Source: an uncultured bacterium (GTDB taxonomy: Bacteria > SAR324 > NAC60-12). Taken from it: 64,000 nucleotides of DNA. The notes below the pieces were generated by a model. It ran no database searches and was not told where the DNA came from. It was given only the letters and a program-made list of their open reading frames with translations. The stretch is from contig CBFIGY010000003.1 of the NCBI GenBank assembly GCA_965662235.1, positions 160,001 through 224,000 of the forward strand, in the 5' to 3' direction. Of this stretch, positions 50,151-60,232 are shown piece by piece (positions within the stretch are counted from its first letter, which is position 1; each line of letters starts with the position of its first letter). The position numbers and the translations under genes were made by a program.

Positions 50151-50170
50151 TCGCCCGGAAGCCCGGGCGA
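50151..50170. terminator. Perfect 8-bp GC hairpin downstream of the family-3 SBP gene
   Basis: tcgcccgg-aagc-ccgggcga. Confidence 0.5.
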
Positions 50171-50194
50171 TCTGATGGCAAGGCGGGGGTGTGC

Positions 50195-50971
50195 CTAGTC
50201 GAGCAGGCCCCACTTCTCCTTGAGTTCGTCAATCGAACCGCGCTCCATTTGCAGCAGCAGCCAGTGGTTCACAAAGTTGATCCACTCCTGATCCCCCCGT
50301 GGGGTCAGCATCGCAATCGGTGTTGGGTTCTTTGTTTCCAGAACCGGCACCACCATGAGCTGCGGGTGCTGTTCCGTCAGGTTGGCCGCTTCCGTGTTGC
50401 TGGTCATGGAAGCATCTGCACGTCCGGAAAGCACTTCTTGCCAGTCCCGCGCTGGTTCCTCGACCTTCCGAATGGTGGCATTCGGGAACAGCAGCGCCGC
50501 TCGCTTCTCCTGCACAGTGCCTAGGGTCACTGCCACAGTCACGTCTTCCTGGTTGAGGTCTTCCCAATCCTGGAAACGTTCCTCATTCTTCTGCAGCACA
50601 ATCGGGACATCGGCCACAGCAAAGTAAGGCGTGGTGTAGCCCGCAACCATCGCCCGCTGCGGACTGATGGAGGCGCTGGTGGAGAGGTCGTACTTGCTGC
50701 CGACGGCAATGGCGACGGATTTCCAGTCTGTGGGCACAAACTCGATCTCCACGCCCATGTCCTTGGCCAGCATCTTCACCAGGTCCACGTCAAACCCAAC
50801 ATACTCATTTGTTTGTGGATCTCGGTAGCTCATCGGCTTCCAGTTCCCCGGTGTTCCCACACGGAGGGTGCCTTCACTGGCAATTTGATCCAGTCGAGAT
50901 TCTCCCAAAACCGGGAGAGCCATCAGGGCGCTGGCGGCCCAAATCAGTAGCGTTTTTCCAAATTTACGCAT
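50195..50971 (-). CDS. Orphan family-3 solute-binding protein, cyclohexadienyl-dehydratase-related clade
   Basis: Signal peptide; LRVGTPGNWKPM, GFDVD, VPTDWK, VTLGTVQE, PARDWQEVLSGRAD. Confidence 0.85.
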   Translation of the reverse strand: MRKFGKTLLIWAASALMALPVLGESRLDQIASEGTLRVGTPGNWKPMSYRDPQTNEYVGFDVDLVKMLAKDMGVEIEFVPTDWKSVAIAVGSKYDLSTSASISPQRAMVAGYTTPYFAVADVPIVLQKNEERFQDWEDLNQEDVTVAVTLGTVQEKRAALLFPNATIRKVEEPARDWQEVLSGRADASMTSNTEAANLTEQHPQLMVVPVLETKNPTPIAMLTPRGDQEWINFVNHWLLLQMERGSIDELKEKWGLLD

Positions 50972-51183
50972 CGTCTGCTTCCTTAAAACAAGTGGTGATT
51001 CGGATCCGAGTGGATCCCGGAAGAGGCCTCCTCCAAGGCCAAAATCGGCTTTCCTGAAACGGGACGGCAGGAAAAATTGTGGGTTAATCGTCGGGTTTGC
51101 TGGTCTGCAAACGGGGAAAAATAATGGTAAGGAGAAAAAGGGGGAACGTCAAATTCGAGGTCACGCCTCCCGAAGGAGCGAGG

Positions 51184-51825
51184 TTATTGCTTGCTCTGAA
51201 TCCAGGCCAGGGTCGCGGCTTCTGCTTCTTGCAGCGTCTCTGCCACCGCAGGAACCGCCTGCACCGCAGCCCACCACGGCTGAAGGGGTTCCGGAAGCGA
51301 CCAGGAGAGTCCAAACTCGCGCCACAGCAATTCTCCCAGCAGAAACGTGGGCGCGTACCCCACATCCGCCAGCGACAGCGTCGGCGTGAGGAGAAACGGT
51401 TGCGGTTCCGTGAGGGTCACCAGCAGGTCCAGGTGCCGCTTCAGCTCATCTGCACGCTCTGCAATCGCTTCCGGACGACGGGTCGCCGGGGCCACCTCTC
51501 GGAACAAGGCCCGGAGGGTGGGCTCCACGGCCAAGTCGTGGTGCCGAGACACTTGGCGAATGCGGGCCCGTTGAGCCGCAGTGCCGGGCAGCAGGGTCGG
51601 TTCCGGAAACCGCTCCTCTAGGTACTCGTTGATCGTCTCTGACTCTGAGAGCACCAGGTCGCCCTCGACCAGGCCCGGGATCTTTCCAGAGGGGACATGC
51701 TGCTTGTACGCCTCGGAGCCATAGCCATCTGGAGGAGGCAGCACTTCGTGCGGGAGGCCTTTGTAACGGAGGACAATCCGGACCTTGCTGCAGTAGTTGC
51801 TGATGGGAAGCGCGTACAGAATCAT
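51184..51825 (-). CDS. Glutathione S-transferase family protein
   Basis: SNYCSKVR, PSGKIPGL, SESETINEYL, SLADV. Confidence 0.9.
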   Translation of the reverse strand: MILYALPISNYCSKVRIVLRYKGLPHEVLPPPDGYGSEAYKQHVPSGKIPGLVEGDLVLSESETINEYLEERFPEPTLLPGTAAQRARIRQVSRHHDLAVEPTLRALFREVAPATRRPEAIAERADELKRHLDLLVTLTEPQPFLLTPTLSLADVGYAPTFLLGELLWREFGLSWSLPEPLQPWWAAVQAVPAVAETLQEAEAATLAWIQSKQ

Positions 51826-51828
51826 CGG

Positions 51829-52896
51829 TCAGGAAGCCTTGAGCAGTTCCGCCTGATGGTGCTGCAAGATCGGGTCGATGACGGAGTCCAAGTCCCCCAT
51901 GAGGATCTCTTCCAGGCGATACAGCGTGAGGCCGACGCGATGATCGGTGAGGCGTCCCTGAGGGAAGTTGTACGTCCGGATGCGCTCGCTGCGGTCTCCA
52001 GAGCCCACCATGCTCCGACGCTGCTCGGTTTCGGCTTCATGCTGCGAGGCCATGTGCTCTTCATAGAGCCGAGCTCGGAGCACCTTCATGGCATGGCTCC
52101 GGTTCTTGTGCTGCGACTTTTCATTCTGGCAGGTCACCACAATGCCTGTGGGGATATGGGTGATGCGGACCGCTGAATCCGTGGTGTTGACGTGCTGTCC
52201 GCCTGCTCCGCTGGAGCGGTACACGTCGATGCGCAGATCCGCAGGATTGATGTCGATCTCCACATCCTCGGCCTCTGGCATCACCGCGACAGTCGCGGCA
52301 GACGTGTGGATGCGCCCCTGCGTCTCCGTTTTGGGAACGCGCTGGACCCGGTGCACCCCGCCCTCAAACTTCAAGCGGCTGTAAACGTCCTTGCCTTCCA
52401 CAGAAACTGTGACCTCTTTGTACCCCCCAATGTCCGTGATGCTTTCATCCAGAATGTTGAACTTCCAGCGACGTGTTTCCGCGTACCGAGCGTACATGCG
52501 GAACAGGTCACGCGCAAACAGAGCGGCCTCGTCGCCACCAGTGCCGGCGCGAATCTCCAGGATGATGTCTCGGCTGTCGTCGGGGTGTTTGGGAATGAGC
52601 AGAAGGGACACCTGGCGTTCCAGCTGCTCTAGGCGTGGGGTCAGTTCTTCAAGCTCCGCCTCAGCCATCTCTCGGAGTTCGGGGTCCTCCTTCGAGTCGT
52701 CGGCCAGGCGCTTGGCGTCTTGAAGCTGCTGCTCGACCTGAAGGAGATCCCGGTAGGTGAGGGTGATCTCCTCCAGTTCGGCGTGCTCGCGGGTCAGCTT
52801 TTGGTAACGTGCCTGATCGGCCAGAACCTCCGGGTCCCCCAGCTGTTCGGTGAGCCGCTCGTAACGTTCACTGATGCCCGCCAGCTTATCTCGCAT
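51829..52896 (-). CDS. prfA: Peptide chain release factor 1
   Basis: RVPKTE (PxT), [20 protein letters not shown]. Confidence 0.97.
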   Translation of the reverse strand: MRDKLAGISERYERLTEQLGDPEVLADQARYQKLTREHAELEEITLTYRDLLQVEQQLQDAKRLADDSKEDPELREMAEAELEELTPRLEQLERQVSLLLIPKHPDDSRDIILEIRAGTGGDEAALFARDLFRMYARYAETRRWKFNILDESITDIGGYKEVTVSVEGKDVYSRLKFEGGVHRVQRVPKTETQGRIHTSAATVAVMPEAEDVEIDINPADLRIDVYRSSGAGGQHVNTTDSAVRITHIPTGIVVTCQNEKSQHKNRSHAMKVLRARLYEEHMASQHEAETEQRRSMVGSGDRSERIRTYNFPQGRLTDHRVGLTLYRLEEILMGDLDSVIDPILQHHQAELLKAS

Positions 52897-53102
52897 CAGG
52901 CGCGCTGGTAGCGGCGTTTGAACTTCTCAATACGGCCGGCCGTGTCAACCACACGCTGAGCCTGCCCCGTAAAGAACGGGTGGCAGCCCGAGCAAATCTC
53001 CACGGTCTGCTCACCACCCAGGGTGGACTCAGCCTTCCAGGTGGTACCACAAGCACAACGGAACTCGGTTGCGACGTAAGCGGGGTGAATGCCTTCTTTC
53101 AT
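52896..53102 (-). CDS. rpmE: 50S ribosomal protein L31 (Zn-binding type)
   Basis: [27 protein letters not shown]. Confidence 0.96.
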   Translation of the reverse strand: MKEGIHPAYVATEFRCACGTTWKAESTLGGEQTVEICSGCHPFFTGQAQRVVDTAGRIEKFKRRYQRA

Positions 53103-53134
53103 TTCAGTCTCCTCAGTCCTTTAGCTGGTTAGAG

Positions 53135-54472
53135 TTACTTGTCCATCATGTTCAAAAATTCCGAGTTGCTCTTGAAGCGCGCCACCTTGTCGGTGAGGAA
53201 CTCCATCGCCTCGACCACGTTGAGTTGGGCGAGCACCTTACGGAGGACCCAGATGCGGTCCAGGTCGCCTTTCTCAATCAACAGCTCTTCCTTCCGGGTT
53301 CCAGACTTATTGATGTCGATCGACGGGAAGATGCGTTTTTCGACCAGCTTGCGGTCCAGAACCAGTTCCATATTACCGGTTCCTTTGAACTCTTCAAAGA
53401 TGACTTCGTCCATGCGGCTTCCGGTGTCAATCAAAGCGGTGGCAATGATCGTCAGGGAGCCTCCCTCTTCCACGTTCCGGGCCGCGCCAAAGAAGCGCTT
53501 GGGCTTGTGCAACGCGTTCGAGTCCACCCCTCCGGAGAGGATCTTGCCGCTCGGCGGAACCACGGAGTTGTACGCACGGGCCAAGCGAGTGATGGAGTCT
53601 AGCAGAATCACCACGTCCCGCTGATGCTCCACCAGACGCTTTGCCTTTTCCAACACCATTTCAGAGACTTGGACGTGCCGAGTCGCCGGCTCATCGAAGG
53701 TGGAGCTGACCACCTCACCGCGCACAGAGCGCTGCATGTCGGTCACCTCTTCCGGACGCTCATCAATCAGCAGCACGATCAGGTCCACCTCCGGGTGGTT
53801 GGCGGTGATGCTGTTGGCGATCGACTGCAGGATCATCGTCTTACCCGTCCGAGGCGGTGCCACGATCAGACCCCGCTGCCCCTTACCAATCGGTGTTGCC
53901 AGGTCAATGATCCGGGTCGTCAGATCCGATTCACCTCGCTCCAGCTTGATGCGTTCCTGCGGATAAAGCGGAGTCAGGTTGTCAAAGAGAATCTTGTCAA
54001 ATGCGACTTCCGGAGGCTGAAAGTTCACCGATTCCACCTTCAGCAAAGCGTAGTACCGCTCGCTCTCTTTAGGCGGACGAATCAGGCCAGAAATGGTGTC
54101 GCCGGTGCGGAGATTAAAGCGTCGAATTTGCGACGGAGAAACGTAAATGTCATCCGGCCCCGGGAGGTAGTTGTAATCAGGGGCACGCAGGAATCCAAAT
54201 CCATCCGGAAGCGTCTCCAACACCCCTGATGCGTAAATGGATCCATTCTGTTTCGTTTGCGCCTGCAGCAGCTCAAAAATCAGATCCTGCACACGCATGC
54301 TGTTGGCGTTCTCAATGTCGTATTCTCGGGCGACTTTAATGAGAGCGGTGATGTCTTTTTTCTTTAACTCAACAAGATTCAGGGTATCGGGGGAATCTTT
54401 GGCTGGCATTTCCGTACTGGTATCGCGGTTGCGGGAGGAGGATCTGCGGGAGGTCGCTGCTTGTGCCTTCAT
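53135..54472 (-). CDS. rho: Transcription termination factor Rho
   Basis: [47 protein letters not shown]. Confidence 0.98.
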   Translation of the reverse strand: MKAQAATSRRSSSRNRDTSTEMPAKDSPDTLNLVELKKKDITALIKVAREYDIENANSMRVQDLIFELLQAQTKQNGSIYASGVLETLPDGFGFLRAPDYNYLPGPDDIYVSPSQIRRFNLRTGDTISGLIRPPKESERYYALLKVESVNFQPPEVAFDKILFDNLTPLYPQERIKLERGESDLTTRIIDLATPIGKGQRGLIVAPPRTGKTMILQSIANSITANHPEVDLIVLLIDERPEEVTDMQRSVRGEVVSSTFDEPATRHVQVSEMVLEKAKRLVEHQRDVVILLDSITRLARAYNSVVPPSGKILSGGVDSNALHKPKRFFGAARNVEEGGSLTIIATALIDTGSRMDEVIFEEFKGTGNMELVLDRKLVEKRIFPSIDINKSGTRKEELLIEKGDLDRIWVLRKVLAQLNVVEAMEFLTDKVARFKSNSEFLNMMDK

Positions 54473-54710
54473 TCGACGTTGGGGTTCGGGTTGGTGAGCT
54501 GGCGTTAAGCCGGCAGGATCGTGATGGAAAGGGGAAAACTGAAACCGATGTTGATCGAAACGGAAACGCTGTGACAGTTGGCTAGGCGCCGTGATGGTTC
54601 GCTGTCAGGGGGTCAGGGGTGCCTTTAGGTAAAGCAGGGGTGTGCTTCTGTGGCAGGTTAATCCTAAACTTAAAATTCCACGACTGGGATCCTTTGTCAA
54701 GGAATTTAAT

Positions 54711-54737
54711 GCGGGCTCCTGAATTCCAGGAACCCGC
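54711..54737 (-). terminator. Probable terminator hairpin after the Ca2+-ATPase gene
   Basis: Minus strand gcgggttcctg-gaatt-caggagcccgc (one G-U pair), then an A/U-rich tail. Confidence 0.55.
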
Positions 54738-54745
54738 AAGGAGTC

Positions 54746-57439
54746 CTACTCAATCACGGGGTTGCCAAAGAAGGCGTTGCGGATCGATTTTCGGATCAAA
54801 TCGATCGGAACAATCAGGACCGCAAAGAGGAGGATGTAAACCCATTCGGTCAGGCTCAGTCCAACGGTTCGCAGCACCTCTCCTCCGAGGTAGGTGAAGG
54901 TCACCTGAAGCACAAAGATCAGGGCCACCACCTCCATGAAGTTCTTGTTGTCCCGGAGGTGCTCAAAGAGGTTGATGCCTTCCGTCCGAGCATTGAACTT
55001 GTTGAAGTTGTTGACAAAGACGAAGAAGCCAAAGAACGCCGTCAGGTGCACCAGCTGAACCGTCTCTCCCTTCGCATTGGTCGTACAGCGCGAAACGCCA
55101 TCGACCTCACAGGGGAAGAGGTTGATGATCCAGTCCTGGGTCAGGAACAGCAGGCTCATTCCTGCCACGGCAATGCCGTTGACCAGGATCGCCGACCACA
55201 TGTCCCCGGTAATCAGGGCCGTGTTCTTGGGAATCGGTTTTTCCTTCATGTACCGCTGCAACGCCGCTTCTCCTGAGAACGCGAAGGCCGCCAGCGTGTC
55301 CATCACAATGTTGATCCAGAGCAGCTGGGTCATCGTCAGTGGAAGGTCGGTGCCGAAGAAAGGCCCCAGAAAGGCGACCAAAATCGCTGCCACGTTGACC
55401 GAAAGCTGGAACACTAGGAACTTCCGGATCGACTTCAGCAGGGTCCGTCCATAGAGGACCGCATTCGTCAAGGAGAGGAAGTTGTTGTCGAGGATGACAA
55501 TGTGTCCGGACTCCTTGGTGAGGTCGGTTCCTGACCCCATCGCAAAACCAACGTCGGCATTCTTGACTGCCGGCGCGTCATTGACGCCGTCTCCGGTCAT
55601 GCCGACCACCCAGTTCATGTCCTTTGCCAGCTTGACGAGTCGGCTCTTGTCCGTCGGCAACGCGCGGGCGACCACCCGGAGTTTGGGCAGGATGCCCTTC
55701 ACCTGGTCGTCAGACATCTCGCCAAGCTCCTTCGAGGTCATGACGATCTCGTCGGTGTTCCGAACAATGTCCACCTCTCGTGCAATCGCCTGAGCGGTTT
55801 CCTTCGAGTCACCTGTGATCATCACCACCTGAATGCCAGCGGCATGAGCGCTTTCCACAGCAGGGCGAGACTCCTTCCGCATTTCGTCCCGGAGTCCAAA
55901 CAGGGCCACCAGCGTCAGCTCCGCCGGCAGTTCCGGGTCGCTGCTCAGAGGCTTCTCGGACACCGCAAGGCCAATCAGGCGCATGGCCCGTGCCGCCAAA
56001 CCGCTCATTTCTCCCAGCAGCGCGTCATGGCTCGGGAGGGGCTGACGGTTTCCTTCCGCATCAATGTAATGCGTACAGCCCGCCAGGATCACCTCTCCAG
56101 CTCCCTTGACCAGCGTCAAGGCGCGCTCGCCTTCAACCTGAGAAGCCGAAAACTTATAAGCCGAGTTGAACGGAATGCTGGCCACTTGATGCACATCGCT
56201 TTTTTCCGCAAGCTTCGTTCCGAGGAACTGCAGCATCGCCTTTTCTGTGGGATTTGCACCAACGATCTGCGGGTGCTCCGGATCGCTTGCGTCCACAGAG
56301 GCGCTCGTGTTGTTCCGCAGAGCAAAAACGATTTCATGGCTCAGGGCGCCCGACACTTCCGACAGATCCTTGTAGTGCTTGGTGTCACCCGTGATGATTT
56401 CGGCAACCTGCAGGCGTCCCTCTGTGAGGGTTCCTGTTTTGTCCGTAAAGAGGACTGTCAGGCTTCCGGAGGTTTCAATTCCCAACAGCTTCCGGACCAA
56501 GACATTTGCCCGTAGCAGCTTCCGCATGTTCAGAGCCAGCACCACGGCAATCATCATCGGTAGCCCCTCCGGAACCGCGACCACGATGATGATGATGGCC
56601 AACACGACCGCCGTCACAATGTGGTGAATGATGTCCCCCGTGGCATAATTGGCGAGGTAGTCGCTCCAGCCGTTGGCTTCAATGAAGATGTGGTTGAACA
56701 TGAAGGAAAGGGCAATGAAGGTTGCCCCGAAGTAGCCAAACCGGCTGATGTTGTGTCCCAGGTCCGAGAGCTTCTCCTGCAGCGGAGACATCCGGGTTTC
56801 TGCCTGGGCAATGTCCTTCACGCTGGCGCCATACTTGGTCTGCTCCCCCACGGCTTGCACCAGCATCACGCCTTCGCCGTCATCAATGAGAGCCGCACGA
56901 CCGAGGCCATTTTTTTCTTCGTCAAAGACGCCATCCACCATCGGGGCCTTCTTCAGCGGCTCCGACTCGCCGGTCAAGGCCGACTCGTTGACCTCAAGGC
57001 GTCCGGCAATGAGCGCTCCATCGGCAGGAATCGTGTCCCCGGGCTGCAGGAGGATGTGATCGCCCACCACTACTTCATCAATGAGGATCTCCTCGAGGAT
57101 TCCCCCTCGGAAGATCTTGACGCGGACCTTGGAGGCTTCCTCCATCAGGCGCTGGAATTCGTTTTCGTTGCTGTACTCGGACCAGGTGGCCACCAAGGTC
57201 GCCAACACCACCGCCACCGCGATTCCCAAGCCCTCGTACCAGGGCGCAAAGCCCAAGGCCGCCAGCAGCAGGGTTACGCCCAAGGCGACAATCAAGATGA
57301 TGATGATGGGGTCTTTGAGGTTTTCAAGGAGCTTGTCCCAGAAGGTCTCAACCTGCCCCTGCGTCAACACGTTTGAACCGTGTCGACTTCTTGATTCATG
57401 CACCTCGTTGGCGCTTAGACCAGGGTACTCAAATTTCAT
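54746..57439 (-). CDS. Calcium-translocating P-type ATPase (P2, PMCA-like)
   Basis: LTGES, VAVPEGLP, DKTGTLT, KGA, TGD, GDGVNDAPA, QLLWINIVMDT. Confidence 0.92.
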   Translation of the reverse strand: MKFEYPGLSANEVHESRSRHGSNVLTQGQVETFWDKLLENLKDPIIIILIVALGVTLLLAALGFAPWYEGLGIAVAVVLATLVATWSEYSNENEFQRLMEEASKVRVKIFRGGILEEILIDEVVVGDHILLQPGDTIPADGALIAGRLEVNESALTGESEPLKKAPMVDGVFDEEKNGLGRAALIDDGEGVMLVQAVGEQTKYGASVKDIAQAETRMSPLQEKLSDLGHNISRFGYFGATFIALSFMFNHIFIEANGWSDYLANYATGDIIHHIVTAVVLAIIIIVVAVPEGLPMMIAVVLALNMRKLLRANVLVRKLLGIETSGSLTVLFTDKTGTLTEGRLQVAEIITGDTKHYKDLSEVSGALSHEIVFALRNNTSASVDASDPEHPQIVGANPTEKAMLQFLGTKLAEKSDVHQVASIPFNSAYKFSASQVEGERALTLVKGAGEVILAGCTHYIDAEGNRQPLPSHDALLGEMSGLAARAMRLIGLAVSEKPLSSDPELPAELTLVALFGLRDEMRKESRPAVESAHAAGIQVVMITGDSKETAQAIAREVDIVRNTDEIVMTSKELGEMSDDQVKGILPKLRVVARALPTDKSRLVKLAKDMNWVVGMTGDGVNDAPAVKNADVGFAMGSGTDLTKESGHIVILDNNFLSLTNAVLYGRTLLKSIRKFLVFQLSVNVAAILVAFLGPFFGTDLPLTMTQLLWINIVMDTLAAFAFSGEAALQRYMKEKPIPKNTALITGDMWSAILVNGIAVAGMSLLFLTQDWIINLFPCEVDGVSRCTTNAKGETVQLVHLTAFFGFFVFVNNFNKFNARTEGINLFEHLRDNKNFMEVVALIFVLQVTFTYLGGEVLRTVGLSLTEWVYILLFAVLIVPIDLIRKSIRNAFFGNPVIE

Positions 57440-57513
57440 TGTTGACTCCTTGTATCACAGTCCGATAGTTTTCGGAAATGGTCTCCATTCCCAAACGAAC
57501 TCACTTTCCTGAA

Positions 57514-57921
57514 ATGCGAAACGTTATTCTTAGCAAAACCACGGGCTTTCGCAAGCATTCTCGGAAAATTGGCGGTTTTACCCTCATTGAGGTCCTTCTG
57601 AGCACCACGCTCTTCGGGGTCGCCGCCTTGTCCGCAATGCAAAGCATCGACCAACTCCACGGACAAAAGGCAAAGGCGGAACAAGCGCGACAGTTCGCCC
57701 AAGCCATCCCAAAGTGGCAGCAGGAAATTCGCACACTTTTGGCTCACTCGGAGGAAACTTCCGGAAAAAAAGACCTGTCTTGGTCCACCACCACAGCGGT
57801 CCTGGAGTGGACACTTCTTGAGCACCCGGGGCCCCTCCGCCTCTTGAAGGTGCACCTTGTGACAACTGCTCCTCAGGCCGCGGAGTACCAATGGGTCACC
57901 GCGTTGCCTCCGCAGCCATGA
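57514..57921 (+). CDS. Type IV minor pilin/pseudopilin (PilV/GspI-like)
   Basis: Basic leader, then G|FTLIEVLL class III signal. Confidence 0.78.
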   Translation: MRNVILSKTTGFRKHSRKIGGFTLIEVLLSTTLFGVAALSAMQSIDQLHGQKAKAEQARQFAQAIPKWQQEIRTLLAHSEETSGKKDLSWSTTTAVLEWTLLEHPGPLRLLKVHLVTTAPQAAEYQWVTALPPQP

Positions 57922-58427
57922 CGCCCTCACGCCACTCAGGGATGACCCTGCTGGAGTTGATGATCGCCCTCACGGCAGGCCTGATCGTCCTGGGAGCCCT
58001 GCTGCCCGCGTGGCAGGAACTGAACCGCCTGATCCTGAAAGACGCGGGACGCGAGGAAGTCGCCGCAGACCGGGCCCGGGCGCTGACGATGCTGCGGCTC
58101 GAGGTCTTTCAAGCCGGCTACGGCCTTCACGCCTCGGGAATCCCAGCGCTGGAGGTTACGCCCGATCAGCTCCAGCTCCGGGCTGACCTGAACCACGATG
58201 GCGACCTCACTGATCCGCGCGAGTGGCTCCAGTACCGTTTTGACGCGTCCACACACCGTCTGCTGCGTAGCTCCGGAGGCTCTTCTTTTCAGACGCGGCT
58301 TACCCCAGTTGAGGCTCTTGAGTTTCAAGCAACCTCTGAAGCCTGCTTTCAGGTATCCGTCCAGTGGGAACCCGAAGACGCAGTGGAGGTGAGCACCTTT
58401 TGCCTCAACACCTTCCAAACACGGTGA
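57918..58427 (+). CDS. Type IV minor pilin/pseudopilin (PilW/GspJ-like)
   Basis: G|MTLLELMIAL; QAGY; DLNHDGD; ATGA overlap with the previous gene. Confidence 0.8.
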   Translation: MTPSRHSGMTLLELMIALTAGLIVLGALLPAWQELNRLILKDAGREEVAADRARALTMLRLEVFQAGYGLHASGIPALEVTPDQLQLRADLNHDGDLTDPREWLQYRFDASTHRLLRSSGGSSFQTRLTPVEALEFQATSEACFQVSVQWEPEDAVEVSTFCLNTFQTR

Positions 58428-58440
58428 CTCACGAACAGGT

Positions 58441-58917
58441 TCAGAACGCGTCCAGCTGCCGGAGGGCATCATAGACGACAATGGCCGTCGAAGAACTCAG
58501 GTTCAGGCTCCGGACATTCCGCTCCCACATGGGAATGGTGAACCCTCGCTCCGGATGCTCGGCCAACCAAGCTTTGGGGAGCCCCGTGGTTTCCTTCCCC
58601 ATGAAGAGGTAGTCCCCCGGCTGAGGCTCCATCTGCGTGTACGGCTTTTCAGCGTGTGCCGAAATCAGGTGAGTCCGCTCCGGAGGCAACCCTCGGAAAA
58701 ACCCCTCTGCGTCAGGAAGGTGCTCCCAGCTCACCCACTGCCAGTAGTCCAGCCCCGCACGCTTGAGCTGCGAATCACTGAGGTCAAACCCAAGCTGTCC
58801 CAGCAGAATCAGGTGGCAGCGGACCGCTGCACAGAGGCGGGCGATGTTCCCGGTGTTCGGTGGGATTTGAGGCTCGTAGAGCACCACGTTGAGCGGCGGC
58901 TCGGCAAACAGCCTCAT
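58441..58917 (-). CDS. trmL: tRNA (cytidine/uridine-34-2'-O)-methyltransferase
   Basis: PQIPPNTGNIAR, KRAGLDYW, GKETTGL, RSLNLS. Confidence 0.95.
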   Translation of the reverse strand: MRLFAEPPLNVVLYEPQIPPNTGNIARLCAAVRCHLILLGQLGFDLSDSQLKRAGLDYWQWVSWEHLPDAEGFFRGLPPERTHLISAHAEKPYTQMEPQPGDYLFMGKETTGLPKAWLAEHPERGFTIPMWERNVRSLNLSSSTAIVVYDALRQLDAF

Positions 58918-59969
58918 GCGGTCTCCAGCGCCAGATCCACCAAGCGGCTCAGCAACTCGGAATAAGAAACGCCTGATTCAATCCACAGGCGTGGGTACAT
59001 GCTGATGTTGGTGAAGCCCGGGAGGGTGTTGAGTTCATTGAGAATGAAGCTGCCATCCTCGCGCAGGAAGAAATCGACTCGGGCCATGCCCCGGCACTCG
59101 GTCACCATAAACGCCTGCACGGCCGCGTCCCGGAGACGCTGCTGAACCTCAGGCTCCAAGGGTGCCGGAACAATCAGCTCCGCCCCATTTTCGTCGACAT
59201 ACTTGGCTTCATACGAATAAAACTCATGCCGGGAACGGATTTCCCCCAGCACCGGCGCCGCCTGCGGATCCGCATTTCCCAGCACCGAGCACTCAATCTC
59301 ACGCCCCACCACGGCTTCCTCAACCAGCACCTTCTGGTCCAACGCAAACGCCTGACGCAGCGCCTCGTCATAGCCTGCGGCATCCCGGACCTTGGAGACG
59401 CCCAGAGAGGACCCTTCTCGGGCAGGCTTGACGAACAACGTCGGCCCCAGCTCTGCCGCTGCGTCTTCGTAGCTCCAGGCCTCTCGAAACCGGAGGGTCC
59501 GCGAACGCGCCACCGGAACCCCAACGGAGCTGAGCAAACGCTTGGTCAGGTCCTTGTCCATTCCGACTGCTGAGCCTGCAATGGGACACCCCACGTAAGG
59601 CTTCCCCAGCAACTCCAGCAGCCCCTGCAACGCCCCGTCTTCCCCGTAGCGCCCATGCGTGATGGGAAAGAAAACGTCCACCTCCCCCAACGCCTGGTGC
59701 AGGGAGCGCGGCAACAGGTCCGCACTCTGTCCCTGAACCTGCTGAGTGCCAGCTGCCAGATGCGCCTTCCGGACGTCTTGAGCGTCTTCAATGAGCGCCT
59801 CATCGTCGCCCCAACACCAGTTGCCCTGCTTGTCAATTCCGAGCAGACGCGCACGGAACCGGCTCCGGTCCAGCGCACGAAAGATGTTGAAGGCAGAGAG
59901 CAGCGACACTTCGTGTTCACCACTGACTCCTCCGCAGATGATCCCAACGGTGAGTTTTGAGGAAGGCAT
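58914..59969 (-). CDS. ddl: D-alanine--D-alanine ligase
   Basis: GGVSGEHEVS, HGRYGEDG, KPAREGSS, FYSYEAKY, ELNTLPGFT; start moved to ATG 59969. Confidence 0.96.
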   Translation of the reverse strand: MPSSKLTVGIICGGVSGEHEVSLLSAFNIFRALDRSRFRARLLGIDKQGNWCWGDDEALIEDAQDVRKAHLAAGTQQVQGQSADLLPRSLHQALGEVDVFFPITHGRYGEDGALQGLLELLGKPYVGCPIAGSAVGMDKDLTKRLLSSVGVPVARSRTLRFREAWSYEDAAAELGPTLFVKPAREGSSLGVSKVRDAAGYDEALRQAFALDQKVLVEEAVVGREIECSVLGNADPQAAPVLGEIRSRHEFYSYEAKYVDENGAELIVPAPLEPEVQQRLRDAAVQAFMVTECRGMARVDFFLREDGSFILNELNTLPGFTNISMYPRLWIESGVSYSELLSRLVDLALETA

Positions 59970-60105
59970 GAATGAATGAACCAAGAGGGTGAGTCCGATG
60001 AAGGCGAAGATCATTCATCCGGACGGAGGAGCAAAGGGGCTACTCTATCAACCTTCTGAAACAGAGGCAATCCGGCACCCTCGCTTCGAACCCTCTTTGC
60101 TCTGT

Positions 60106-60174
60106 TTGATATAATCAACTTTTTCCATTATAAAGGAAATAATGTTTGATAAATTAAATTAAATCCACTATAAC
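60106..60174 (+). promoter_or_regulatory. LysR-type T-N11-A palindrome plus sigma70-like promoter of the rhodanese-yeeE operon
   Basis: TTGAT-ATA-ATCAA (60106-60118); TTGATA-N17-TATAAC (60146-60174); AT-rich patch. Confidence 0.5.
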
Positions 60175-60232
60175 ATCCAAAGATCACCTGCTCTCTGAGC
60201 CGATTTTTCCTCCTTTCCTTTGAGATGGACTG

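Noticed and set aside
60106..60118. FNR box
   Set aside because: Spacer is 3 bp; FNR needs TTGAT-N4-ATCAA
60132..60159. Second dif-like site (AAAGGAAATAA-TGTTTG-ATAAATTAAAT)
   Set aside because: Lacks the TTAT core of the XerD arm; explained by an AT-rich promoter
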